A DNA stretch of 42,492 nucleotides from a virus (IMGVR_UViG_2645727821_000010:1-42492), one strand, 5' to 3'. Shown: positions 1 to 8,327, numbered from the stretch's first letter. A program made the numbers and translations. Notes: generated by a model from the letters alone, not told the origin.

Positions 1-176
1 ATGCTGCTATAGAAGCTGCAAAAAATCTGGTGGCCCAAGAATATGAGTATAAGGATTTCAAAGCGGCGCAGAGTGATTGCTGTATGCACCCTGGTTCAGA
101 CCTGGTAGGGAAGGTTGAAATGACTGAGTGGTTAGTTGACTTTGCTGCCCAGCTTCGCAAAGGAGGCAACCAGTGA
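1..176 (+). CDS. 3' end of an upstream gene truncated by the window edge (frame 3); hypothetical protein
   Basis: Open frame from position 3 to TGA at 174-176 with no stops; its stop overlaps the GTG start of the next gene at 173. Confidence 0.35.
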   Translation, partial: AAIEAAKNLVAQEYEYKDFKAAQSDCCMHPGSDLVGKVEMTEWLVDFAAQLRKGGNQ

Positions 177-763
177 GCAAGATTGATTATCAAAAGCTTC
201 GTGAAATCGCTGAAAAAACAAAAATTGCTGGTGAAGCACCTGTAATGCCTTTCGATCAGCGAATTAATGCGCTTAACGATTTTATGAAGCACTTTTCGCC
301 AGAAACCGTGCTGGCACTACTGGATGAACGGGAAAGGAACCAGCAATACATCAAATCCCGCGACCAGGAGAACGAGGATATTGCGCTAACGGTAGGGAAG
401 CTGAGAGTTGAGCTTGAGGAAGCAAAATCAAAACTCAACGAGCAGCGTGAGTATTACGAAGGTGTTATCTCGGATGGAAGTAAGCGCATAGCAGAACTGG
501 AAGCGCGGGAAATAAAACCAGCCAAAGGTGAAGTTCTGGTCGTTGTATCTGGTTTTACTGGTTGCGGAAAAAGCGCCATTGCCGGGGAAATAGAAATCGC
601 GATGAAGGCTATTGGTGTACCGGTTAAGTGGACTAATGGCGATGCAGAAAAGCGCATGACTGGCGCTGACTGGCTGACTGCGATTGAGATGTACAAACCA
701 ACTGTGCGCATCGTGGAAGTTAATGTGCCACGCGCCCCTGGCATTCGCATCAAAGGAGAGTGA
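173..763 (+). CDS. hypothetical protein, 196 aa, with a Walker A-like motif (GFTGCGKS) in the C-terminal half
   Basis: ORF track; GTG start preceded by AAGGAGG at 160-166; P-loop-like G-x4-GKS motif seen in the translation. Confidence 0.6.
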   Translation: MSKIDYQKLREIAEKTKIAGEAPVMPFDQRINALNDFMKHFSPETVLALLDERERNQQYIKSRDQENEDIALTVGKLRVELEEAKSKLNEQREYYEGVISDGSKRIAELEAREIKPAKGEVLVVVSGFTGCGKSAIAGEIEIAMKAIGVPVKWTNGDAEKRMTGADWLTAIEMYKPTVRIVEVNVPRAPGIRIKGE

Positions 764-764
764 T

Positions 765-974
765 ATGGCTATCGCTGCAAGTTACACCATGCATCTCTAT
801 TGTGACTGCCGCCAGTGTACGGAAGGTGTATATCCAGTGCCAGACTTCGGTGAGTATATCGGTACGTCATGGTCTGGTTGTGCAAAAGAGGCCCGTAAAG
901 ACGGGTGGCGAATAAGTAAAGACAAAACACGTGCTTTTGCGCCCGGGCATAAAGTTTTGAGGATTAACAAATGA
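765..974 (+). CDS. small Cys-rich hypothetical protein, 69 aa
   Basis: ATG at 765 two nt after the upstream stop, preceded by AAAGGAGAG; internal start of ORF 684..974; CxC-x2-C cysteine cluster. Confidence 0.5.
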   Translation: MAIAASYTMHLYCDCRQCTEGVYPVPDFGEYIGTSWSGCAKEARKDGWRISKDKTRAFAPGHKVLRINK

Positions 975-1333
975 CCACTATTACCAAAGAACGTATCGAA
1001 TTATTCATTAAAAATCCGCTTGATAACGGGCTTACCAGTGGCGAACAAATGGAACTGGCACGAATTGCGCTGGCATCACTGGAAGCCGAACCGGTTGCAG
1101 TAAACGACGACATGGCTTACGCATTCCATCACGCATTGTCAGATTCATCGCTAGGCGCTGATGAAGTAGAGGAAATTAAGGCCGGTTTGCGTGCTGCCTT
1201 TGCCAACGTCACTATCCAACCAGAGCCGGTAGTGCCGGATGAAATCGAGCCAGACGATAGCAATACGTTTGATTATGTTGATGGCTGGAACGCCTGCCGC
1301 GCTGCCATGCTTCAGGGTAAGGGAGGTGAGTAA
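971..1333 (+). CDS. hypothetical protein, 120 aa; shares an N-terminal ITKER...LASLEAEPV domain with the gene at 2381
   Basis: ORF track; ATGA start/stop overlap with the upstream gene; paralogous N-terminus seen directly in the translations. Confidence 0.6.
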   Translation: MTTITKERIELFIKNPLDNGLTSGEQMELARIALASLEAEPVAVNDDMAYAFHHALSDSSLGADEVEEIKAGLRAAFANVTIQPEPVVPDEIEPDDSNTFDYVDGWNACRAAMLQGKGGE

Positions 1334-1509
1334 TGCGTGTGGCATTTTTCGGCTTGTTACCGTACCCGACTCGTTTTTGGGCTTCTGCGCTAATTGCAAA
1401 GCCACATGTCCTGATGGCTGACAACATCATCCCGGCACCAAAGCGCCGCCATACCGGTATTGCAGCGGCACGACGAGCAGCAAAGAGACGCAGGAGAGCA
1501 AAGCGATGA
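1333..1509 (+). CDS. small hypothetical protein, 58 aa (hydrophobic N-terminus, basic C-terminus)
   Basis: Not in ORF track (under 60 aa); ATG at 1333 overlaps the upstream TAA (TAATG), preceded by GGAGGTGA at 1321-1328; translated by hand. Confidence 0.4.
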   Translation: MRVAFFGLLPYPTRFWASALIAKPHVLMADNIIPAPKRRHTGIAAARRAAKRRRRAKR

Positions 1510-1682
1510 AAAACCGTAAGGCAAAACGACTTTTTTTACAGCGACCTGTGCGTGTGGTGGAGCTGGTTATTAGCAACCATAAGATAGCGGTACTCCATCC
1601 ATTTGGTCAGGTGGCTTTTGCCGCAAAGCGTAAGCCTACTGCGTCACAGAACAGGCGGAAGAAAGGGTACGCTGTAAGATGA
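1506..1682 (+). CDS. small basic hypothetical protein, 58 aa, begins MKNRKAK
   Basis: Hand translation; ATGA overlap with the upstream stop; N-terminus duplicated in the next gene. Confidence 0.4.
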   Translation: MKNRKAKRLFLQRPVRVVELVISNHKIAVLHPFGQVAFAAKRKPTASQNRRKKGYAVR

Positions 1683-1867
1683 AAAACCGTAAAGCAAAGA
1701 TTCTGTTAGTTCGAAGAAACGCTCCTGGCGTCTGGCAGTGGGTGAGACTCAGCAACCGACGGATGGGGTTGATGAAATATTACGGGATGATGGATTGTGG
1801 TTTTTGCAAAAAGCCCAGCGCGGCGCAAAACCGCTGGAAAAACCACTTGCGCACTAAAGGAGAGTGA
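1679..1867 (+). CDS. small basic hypothetical protein, 62 aa, paralog of the previous gene (begins MKNRKAK)
   Basis: ORF track; ATGA overlap with the upstream gene. Confidence 0.45.
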   Translation: MKNRKAKILLVRRNAPGVWQWVRLSNRRMGLMKYYGMMDCGFCKKPSAAQNRWKNHLRTKGE

Positions 1868-1868
1868 T

Positions 1869-2384
1869 ATGGCGTTAACACACCGCGAACTCTGTCAGAT
1901 TGCGTACAAGTTCCTTAAGCGCAACGGGTTCAAGGTTTGTTTTCATGACCGCTTTATAGCTGTAACCAGTACCGGAGAACAGCCAGATGCTATGGGGTTC
2001 AGAAATTCAGCATCATGCCTGATAGAGGCGAAGTGTTCTCGTGCTGATTTGTTGGCAGATAGAAAAAAGCGTTTTCGTAAAAATCCGTCTCTTGGAATGG
2101 GCGACTGGCGATTCTTTATTAGTGAGCCGGGAATTATTTCAATTGAGGATTTACCACCTGGCTGGGGATTACTTCACGTTGTTAACGGAAGAGTACGGAA
2201 AGTACATGGGTGGCCCAAGGGTAATTGCTGTTGGGGTAACCCTGAAGATAAACCTTTTATTGGGAATAAGCAGGTTGAATGCGATTACATGTTATCTGCA
2301 TTAAGGCGCATGGAGTTGAGAGGGCACCTTAATGAAATATATGACGGTGTAATTGTTAATAAGAAAGAAGGAAACGCGGCATGA
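1869..2384 (+). CDS. hypothetical protein, 171 aa, possible PD-(D/E)XK-type nuclease (D...EAK motif)
   Basis: ATG at 1869 preceded by AAAGGAGAG; internal start of ORF 1797..2384; motif QPDAMGF...CLIEAKC seen in the translation. Confidence 0.6.
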   Translation: MALTHRELCQIAYKFLKRNGFKVCFHDRFIAVTSTGEQPDAMGFRNSASCLIEAKCSRADLLADRKKRFRKNPSLGMGDWRFFISEPGIISIEDLPPGWGLLHVVNGRVRKVHGWPKGNCCWGNPEDKPFIGNKQVECDYMLSALRRMELRGHLNEIYDGVIVNKKEGNAA

Positions 2385-3238
2385 TCACTATTACTAAAGA
2401 GCGACTGCTGACAATCAAGCAGTGGCGCGAAACATACGGACCTGATAGCAACGTTGTACTGCCAGCAGAAGAAGCGGAAGAACTGGCGCGTATCGTGCTG
2501 GCATCGCTGGAAGCAGAGCCTGTTCTGTATCAGTCCTGCACTCGCCCCACCTGGAATAGCGGTGTTCCGTGGACGGAATGGAAAGAACGTAGTCGTGAGT
2601 GCTACGAAGACGATTTGCGTTTTACAGACACGCCTGACCATGCCGGTTGGATATACAAATGTCGAAAACTATATACCACTCCGCCAGCGCCGATAGCGTT
2701 AGAGGCCATTGAAAACGCAATTGAATACATTCGTAGTATCGCTTTTCACATCGATGAAGACGATTACCACGGCAAACATATTGCGTATTTCATGCGACAA
2801 GCATTGGCCTGGCTGGAAGGGCATTCATGCAGCGACGACAGACTGGGTAAAGCCGACAATCAACCAGTACGCGGCAACCAGGCTGCCGAATCCAATCGCG
2901 GTAATGAGTGGACCGGCAATCCTGATATTGATAACGCAATCATCATGCTCGACCGCATAGATACGGCGGAAAGTTACGATGATGACCGTATTGAGGCTGT
3001 TAAGGCTGTTTTGCGTAGACTGGCAGGCAACTCTCCGGTAACTCCGGATGGTTGGATAAGCTGTAGTGAGCGAATGCCCCCTCAAGATGATTGGATTTTA
3101 ATTTATTCAAAGCACGGCGAGTATATGGCAGGACAGGTACAAGGGGAATACGTGGAGTTGAGCGACGGCACTTTATCGTGGTTAGGGAACGCCTTGTTCT
3201 GGATGCCGCTACCAGAACCGCCGCAGGAGGCGAAATGA
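2381..3238 (+). CDS. hypothetical protein, 285 aa; N-terminal domain paralogous to the gene at 971, Trp-rich C-terminal region
   Basis: ORF track; ATGA overlap with the upstream stop. Confidence 0.65.
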   Translation: MITITKERLLTIKQWRETYGPDSNVVLPAEEAEELARIVLASLEAEPVLYQSCTRPTWNSGVPWTEWKERSRECYEDDLRFTDTPDHAGWIYKCRKLYTTPPAPIALEAIENAIEYIRSIAFHIDEDDYHGKHIAYFMRQALAWLEGHSCSDDRLGKADNQPVRGNQAAESNRGNEWTGNPDIDNAIIMLDRIDTAESYDDDRIEAVKAVLRRLAGNSPVTPDGWISCSERMPPQDDWILIYSKHGEYMAGQVQGEYVELSDGTLSWLGNALFWMPLPEPPQEAK

Positions 3239-3495
3239 TGGATGTAAAAGAGAAGGTTTTGCAGGTGATGCGTTCCCGGGCTGCCCTGCAAGATAAAGCT
3301 CTCGGCGGGGAATATCCATTCAGGATGGCAACCTGGAATCTGCGGTTGGCAATGGAGAAGGAATTTCCTGATGAAGAATGGCGTTCGGCAGATTTGCGCA
3401 AAATTCTTATGGAGCTGGCTAAAGACGGAACAGTATCCAAAGATACCCATGCCAGCCGGATTGGTCAGGCGGTATGGAGACTGGAGGTGAGGTAA
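3235..3495 (+). CDS. hypothetical protein, 86 aa
   Basis: ATG at 3235 overlapping the upstream stop, preceded by CAGGAGG at 3224-3230; internal start of ORF 3091..3495. Confidence 0.5.
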   Translation: MMDVKEKVLQVMRSRAALQDKALGGEYPFRMATWNLRLAMEKEFPDEEWRSADLRKILMELAKDGTVSKDTHASRIGQAVWRLEVR

Positions 3496-3776
3496 TGGCT
3501 AACCTGCAACTTGCCGTTAAAGGTGAATACTTCGATGCCATGATTCGCGGGGAGAAAACGGAAGAGTATCGCCTGTGTAATGACTACTGGAATAAGCGCC
3601 TCGTTAACCGTAAGTATTACCGCCTGATTATCACAAAGGGATATCCGAAGCGCGAAGACTTCAGTCGCAGAATTGACGTCCCGTATAACGGATATGAAAT
3701 AAAAACAATCACACATCCACACTTCGGTGATAAACCGGTAAAGGTGTTCGCGATAAAAGTGAAGATTAATAGCTAA
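3495..3776 (+). CDS. hypothetical protein, 93 aa, possible ASCH/PUA-like fold (GEKTEEYR motif)
   Basis: ATG at 3495 preceded by GGAGGTGA; TAATG overlap with the upstream gene. Confidence 0.55.
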   Translation: MANLQLAVKGEYFDAMIRGEKTEEYRLCNDYWNKRLVNRKYYRLIITKGYPKREDFSRRIDVPYNGYEIKTITHPHFGDKPVKVFAIKVKINS

Positions 3777-3799
3777 ATTTCAATTAACACGGAGTAATT

Positions 3800-4093
3800 A
3801 TGTGGCGCGGTAATAATCATGGCGGAAGTCAGATGATACTTACCGAATATACGTTCGACCACAAAACCAATAAATCACGTTCAGTATATTTGCTTCGGCA
3901 CAATAGCCGCGTAAGAAATACCGTTCTGGAGCAAAATCTGATCGTTGAAATGGATAATTTGGGAAACTTCAAGCCAACAATATCGCTTGATGATTTTCCG
4001 TGTGGTTTAAGCGAAAGAGAAGCAATGCTGAAATTAGCAGAATGGCTACAAAGATTAAGCATTGCTATTGAAGATAACTGGTCTGAACCTTAA
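3800..4093 (+). CDS. hypothetical protein, 97 aa, lower GC than its neighbours
   Basis: ORF track; ACGGAGT upstream of ATG at 3800; an alternative start at about 3833 is possible. Confidence 0.45.
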   Translation: MWRGNNHGGSQMILTEYTFDHKTNKSRSVYLLRHNSRVRNTVLEQNLIVEMDNLGNFKPTISLDDFPCGLSEREAMLKLAEWLQRLSIAIEDNWSEP

Positions 4094-4099
4094 ATTAAT

Positions 4100-4474
4100 A
4101 TGATGACACTAAAACATTTTCTTGACCGCCCATTATGGGCGGCAGCCGCAGGCTATGACTTTAATTATATGGATTGCATGTCTTATACTGCCAATGCATA
4201 CGACCATGCGTTCAGCCTACTGTTTAATTCTTTAAGAATATTGCCGGAAACAGAAGTTGGAGAGCTTCATTTATGGATATTGAGCTTTATCGCGGCAGTC
4301 GTTGGTATTGCTGTATGGCCTTTTATTTTCTGGCTGGTGGCTGTTGTAGTGTGGTTTAAGTGCAAGACATACCGGAGAAAGTATTTCTTAGGTGATGGAA
4401 TGACCGATATTGCCAAAATGAACATTGAAAAATGGACTAAGGAATGTGAAAAGAAATGGCGCAAAAAGAAATGA
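4100..4474 (+). CDS. hypothetical membrane protein, 124 aa (two hydrophobic helices, Lys-rich C-terminus)
   Basis: ORF track; hydrophobic stretch WILSFIAAVVGIAVWPFIFWLVAVVVWF; no clear Shine-Dalgarno. Confidence 0.5.
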   Translation: MMTLKHFLDRPLWAAAAGYDFNYMDCMSYTANAYDHAFSLLFNSLRILPETEVGELHLWILSFIAAVVGIAVWPFIFWLVAVVVWFKCKTYRRKYFLGDGMTDIAKMNIEKWTKECEKKWRKKK

Positions 4475-5388
4475 CCAGAATCACTGAAGAGCGTATATCA
4501 GAGATTATTTCCCGTATCGAAATGTATGGTCACGGTGCTGGATATACGGCAGATGAAGTATTGGCACTTGCCCAAATGGCTTTGGCGGCTTGCAAAGATG
4601 ATAAAAAAATGAAGCTTATCGACTTGTTAGTGAAGGAGCTGCCTAAGTGCGGCGGGTGGCCTGATGGAATGAGTTATTGTTACCTACCCTGTGTCAATTT
4701 AATGGCACCATGCGCGACTTTTGCTTTTGGCTCAGACCACAAAAAAGACACTTTCTTTGGGCGCAATTTTTGTTGTGAGATTGAGCTTCCAATTGGTGGC
4801 CTTGATAGCGATGAATACCAGTCAGTTGTCACTCGCGAACAATACGAATCAGCTCTCATAGCGTCGCAGAAAGTCGAGTTCAATGGTGATGAACTTGAAA
4901 GTAAGACTTACAGGTTGGATTTTGGGCAATGGCTGGAACAGCAACGCGGGAAAATCGATGTGGACTGTGGTTGTGTGTCCACTGAAACATTCATGCACTG
5001 GCTGCGGGTAGCTTACGAGGCTGGCAACTATCCGGATATTCCGGATAGTTCGGTGCCAGGGTCAGGAAAGGGCGTCACCGGTGAACGTATCCGCATTAAA
5101 CCGCATGTTTATCGCGAACTGGTTAACCGTCTCCACGATACAGCGATCAAGTGTGCGGGCACCCAGCAATTACGAGAAAGAATTAGCCGTGTTTTGGGCG
5201 ACGTTATTACGCCAGATCATCATAAACAAGCCGAGAAAAGTGGCTTGGAAAGGTGTCACCTTGAGGCGGCATTAAACATTAAGCCGGGGCATACGCTTGG
5301 CATTATTGATGCACTATTGGTTCATAAGATGGCCAGGGCTTTATTGCCGCTGGTGGATGCTGGCGATACAAGCGAGGGTGAAGTATGA
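4471..5388 (+). CDS. hypothetical protein, 305 aa; N-terminus (MTRITEERISE) is a third member of the ITKER domain family
   Basis: ORF 4456..5388; start at 4471 preferred because of the ATGA overlap with the upstream stop and the parallel with the paralogs at 971 and 2381. Confidence 0.6.
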   Translation: MTRITEERISEIISRIEMYGHGAGYTADEVLALAQMALAACKDDKKMKLIDLLVKELPKCGGWPDGMSYCYLPCVNLMAPCATFAFGSDHKKDTFFGRNFCCEIELPIGGLDSDEYQSVVTREQYESALIASQKVEFNGDELESKTYRLDFGQWLEQQRGKIDVDCGCVSTETFMHWLRVAYEAGNYPDIPDSSVPGSGKGVTGERIRIKPHVYRELVNRLHDTAIKCAGTQQLRERISRVLGDVITPDHHKQAEKSGLERCHLEAALNIKPGHTLGIIDALLVHKMARALLPLVDAGDTSEGEV

Positions 5389-5747
5389 GAGTTGCAGATC
5401 ACATCAAACACCTTGAAAGAATTATCGAAAACGGTGAACTCTTAAGAGATCAGATGAGACGCACGGCAGAAGTCAGAGAGGCGATAATCCGCAGTCAGGC
5501 TGGTAAATTAAAGCAATTGTCAGAGATTAACGCGCTATACAAGAACAGACGTAACCGGGCGGCGCTTCGGCTTCAGAAAGCACGTAATGAAATTAAATTG
5601 GTGGAGGCAAAACTGAAAAAACAGATTCAGCGTTACGATCAGCAAGATGCTTTTTATGCCGCCATCAAGGCGGCTGCTAATGAAATAGGCATCTGGAAGT
5701 TGCTGGTGGAGAAAGCAAAGACGAAGTTAAATGCCAACGAAAGCTGA
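5385..5747 (+). CDS. hypothetical coiled-coil protein, 120 aa
   Basis: ORF track; ATGA overlap with the upstream gene; last gene of the left-hand plus-strand operon. Confidence 0.55.
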   Translation: MRVADHIKHLERIIENGELLRDQMRRTAEVREAIIRSQAGKLKQLSEINALYKNRRNRAALRLQKARNEIKLVEAKLKKQIQRYDQQDAFYAAIKAAANEIGIWKLLVEKAKTKLNANES

Positions 5748-5821
5748 ACTACAGGTACCCACCAGCACATACAGAAAATGATTGTTTCCACATCAAGGAG
5801 ATTTTAATGTTTCACTGAACA

Positions 5822-5959
5822 TTAAGTAAGCCAGTGCATAATTCCATTTTTTACTGACCTTAAAAGCAAAATCAAAACGATGATGAGGATGATCGCCAGA
5901 ATCTGGCTAATAACAGGCGCATCTAAAAATGCACTCAGGAACTGAAAAAAAGCAGTCAT
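5822..5959 (-). CDS. candidate small hydrophobic peptide, 45 aa (MTAFFQFLSAFLDAPVISQILAIILIIVLILLLRSVKNGIMHWLT)
   Basis: Hand translation of the minus strand; AAGGAA 8 nt upstream of the ATG; single predicted transmembrane helix; below the ORF-track size cut-off. Confidence 0.25.
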   Translation of the reverse strand: MTAFFQFLSAFLDAPVISQILAIILIIVLILLLRSVKNGIMHWLT

Positions 5960-6821
5960 TAAGGTGGTTCCTTGTCAAATGTAAAGGAGCACTTGCTCAC
6001 GTTGACGTAGAAACCCAACCCCTATATAGTTGGATTCGGTGAAAGAAAGTCGTTAACGTGAGCTTACGGCACATGTTTTCGGAACAACATCAGGGAACGG
6101 CTAATTCCTTGATGCGGATGGGGTCTGTAATGCAGACCCTATCTATTAACGTCATGATTGCATCTCAAATTTTCTCCTTATCTTCAATTAATCTACATTC
6201 ATTTCATCTGTTAGCCACCACAATATGTAGAAAATGGCCCTCTTGCAAGTGCATAACTTTGTGGATAACTCAGGAAGGAAAAAGTGGCTTTCGCGCACCT
6301 TCGGTCAGACAAGGTGTCCGGGAAAGTCAACGCAAAGAAAAAAATTGTTAAAAATAACGTTTGTTGGAATTGTATATTTTTATCCCCTTCAATGGTTAGC
6401 ATTCTATTAACATCTTTTTTTAGAGACAGAAAAACATATCGTAACAACATATATACAGTATTAAGAGGCGAGTATTATCCTGCGGTGGGAATTCTGGTCG
6501 CTGTTAGATTCGACTTTCTCAGCAGGATTACATCGTCAACTTGCGACGTTGCCGTATGTCTTTCGTGTAATAGGTGACAATGATGCGGCTAGTGAGTTAC
6601 TTGTGAAGTTTTTCGGAAAAGGTTTTGTGGCCTCGGATCTTGATGAGCTACAGCAACATGAAGTGTCTAATTTGATTTTTAGCCATAGCCAATAAGCCTC
6701 CCTCCTCCATCAAGGCCACAATTTGTGACCTTAAACAATTTGTTTTCTGCTTTTTCTTATTTGAGAAAATAACGTTGTTGACAGCTAATAGGCTCGTTGT
6801 TGTTATACATGCCTGTATAGA

Positions 6822-7178
6822 TTATGACCGTAAATTATTAGTGGATTTTAAGCCATATTCACCGTTGTAGAAATTACTCATGTTCCATTCATTAGGAAGT
6901 TCTTTTCTGTCCAATGTATAGTGGCGCACGATATAACGATCTTCATCTTCTTCGATGGACAGGCGGACATAGCCAATGTGGATCACCGATACGGGCGGTG
7001 TTCGTATTGCATAGATGTCGCGGAGATATACCGGTAGCTCGACAAATGCATCAGGTGCATCTGTGATGCTCGTTTTTTCACAGTATTCATATAACGCATC
7101 GTTGATATCGTTAAGAGATTCATGATCGTATATTTCCAGGTAATTACCGCGATCGCGATGGTACTCGATTTTAGCCAT
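6822..7178 (-). CDS. hypothetical protein, 118 aa
   Basis: ORF track; AGGGGA upstream of the ATG; start overlaps the stop of the upstream gene. Confidence 0.55.
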   Translation of the reverse strand: MAKIEYHRDRGNYLEIYDHESLNDINDALYEYCEKTSITDAPDAFVELPVYLRDIYAIRTPPVSVIHIGYVRLSIEEDEDRYIVRHYTLDRKELPNEWNMSNFYNGEYGLKSTNNLRS

Positions 7179-7763
7179 TCAAAATCCCCTGTTATCGTTT
7201 TGCATTTCTCTAATCCGGTTCAGAACTACTTCATGCTGGGCTTGGATAGCGGCTTTTTCGTTTTCAAGTCGGGCAATAGACATCTCTAATTCTTTGCTGT
7301 ACCAGGCGAGTTGGGCCAGGTTCATCCGGTTGTGGTCGAGAGTTGGAGACACTTCGACGCGATCCCTTTCTTCCTGCTTTAATGAGAAGAGATTCATCTC
7401 ATCCCTAGAGGAAAATTCAGCAACAATTTCTTGTTGATGATCCGGTCGCTGCGGCATCCTCGCCAGTATAAATGGCGGTTCTTTTGAAAACATGAATGTC
7501 GGTTCAGACCGTGTTTTTACCCAGCTTGCCTGCTGTCTTTCGGCAAGTTCACAGGCTTCATCATAGTTATCTGCCAAACAAAGCACGGATGGACGGTCCC
7601 ACGCCCCACCATTCAGACAATAAACTACAATTTTCCCGTCAGGTTGTGTAACCCCATATGGATGGTCCCACCAGGCGTCCAGCTGAGCTTTAGAGCGTTT
7701 CTCGTTAGGAGTGCAGTCAAAATTTTTGGGCAATACAGGAGCGAGAGGAATGCGATTAGGCAT
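7179..7763 (-). CDS. hypothetical protein, 194 aa, C-terminal coiled coil; divergent from humD across a LexA box
   Basis: ORF track; AAGGA 8 nt upstream of the ATG. Confidence 0.6.
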   Translation of the reverse strand: MPNRIPLAPVLPKNFDCTPNEKRSKAQLDAWWDHPYGVTQPDGKIVVYCLNGGAWDRPSVLCLADNYDEACELAERQQASWVKTRSEPTFMFSKEPPFILARMPQRPDHQQEIVAEFSSRDEMNLFSLKQEERDRVEVSPTLDHNRMNLAQLAWYSKELEMSIARLENEKAAIQAQHEVVLNRIREMQNDNRGF

Positions 7764-7898
7764 AGCTAATTCCTTATTAACTGATTGGCAACGAGGTTAC
7801 GCTGATCCGTTGGTGATGAATAGTAGCAAAGAGCACAAAATCATCAGCGGTGGTTGATGTACGTAACGCGTTTGCACCAAAGGTGTCTCTTTAATGTA

Positions 7899-7918
7899 TA
7901 CTGTATAAATGAACAGTA
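7899..7918. promoter_or_regulatory. LexA (SOS) box: TACTGTATAAATGAACAGTA
   Basis: CTGT-N8-ACAG motif with flanking TA, 20 bp upstream of the humD start. Confidence 0.8.
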
Positions 7919-7937
7919 TTATTGAGGTGAAAACGCT

Positions 7938-8327
7938 ATGGGCTTCCCTTCTCCTGCGGCGGATTATGTTGAAAGCCGAATTTCTCTTGATCAGCAACTA
8001 ATCAGGCATCCATCAGCAACCTACTTCATGCGGGCAGCTGATAGCCATCACCGTGAGGGAATATTGCAGGGTGCTTTGCTGGTGGTTGATTCCTCGCTTA
8101 CTCCGGTTGATGGTTCTCTGCTTGTGTGCGCTATGGAGGGTGAATATCGCATAAAGAGATACAGGAAGTATCCGCGCCAGCACCTGGAGGATTTAAGCAC
8201 CGGGAAGAAAGAGGCGTTACCAGTAGATGACGATGGATACACGGGCAGTAATGCTGTTTTTGGTGTGATCACTCATGTCATCAATGATGCCCGAAGTGGG
8301 GAATTTGATGATTGTCCGGTTATTTAA
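7938..8327 (+). CDS. humD: HumD, UmuD-like SOS mutagenesis protein homolog, 129 aa
   Basis: Recognised as P1 HumD from the translation and synteny with phd/doc; LexA box immediately upstream; GAGGTG ribosome-binding site. Confidence 0.85.
   Translation: MGFPSPAADYVESRISLDQQLIRHPSATYFMRAADSHHREGILQGALLVVDSSLTPVDGSLLVCAMEGEYRIKRYRKYPRQHLEDLSTGKKEALPVDDDGYTGSNAVFGVITHVINDARSGEFDDCPVI

Noticed and set aside
684-974. Long form of the ORF starting at 684.
   Set aside because: It would overlap the upstream gene by 80 nt; the ATG at 765 sits right after the upstream stop and has a strong ribosome-binding site.
6058-6351. Plus-strand ORF of 97 aa in the long intergenic region.
   Set aside because: Low-complexity translation, no ribosome-binding site, and it overlaps the structured elements; treated as non-coding.
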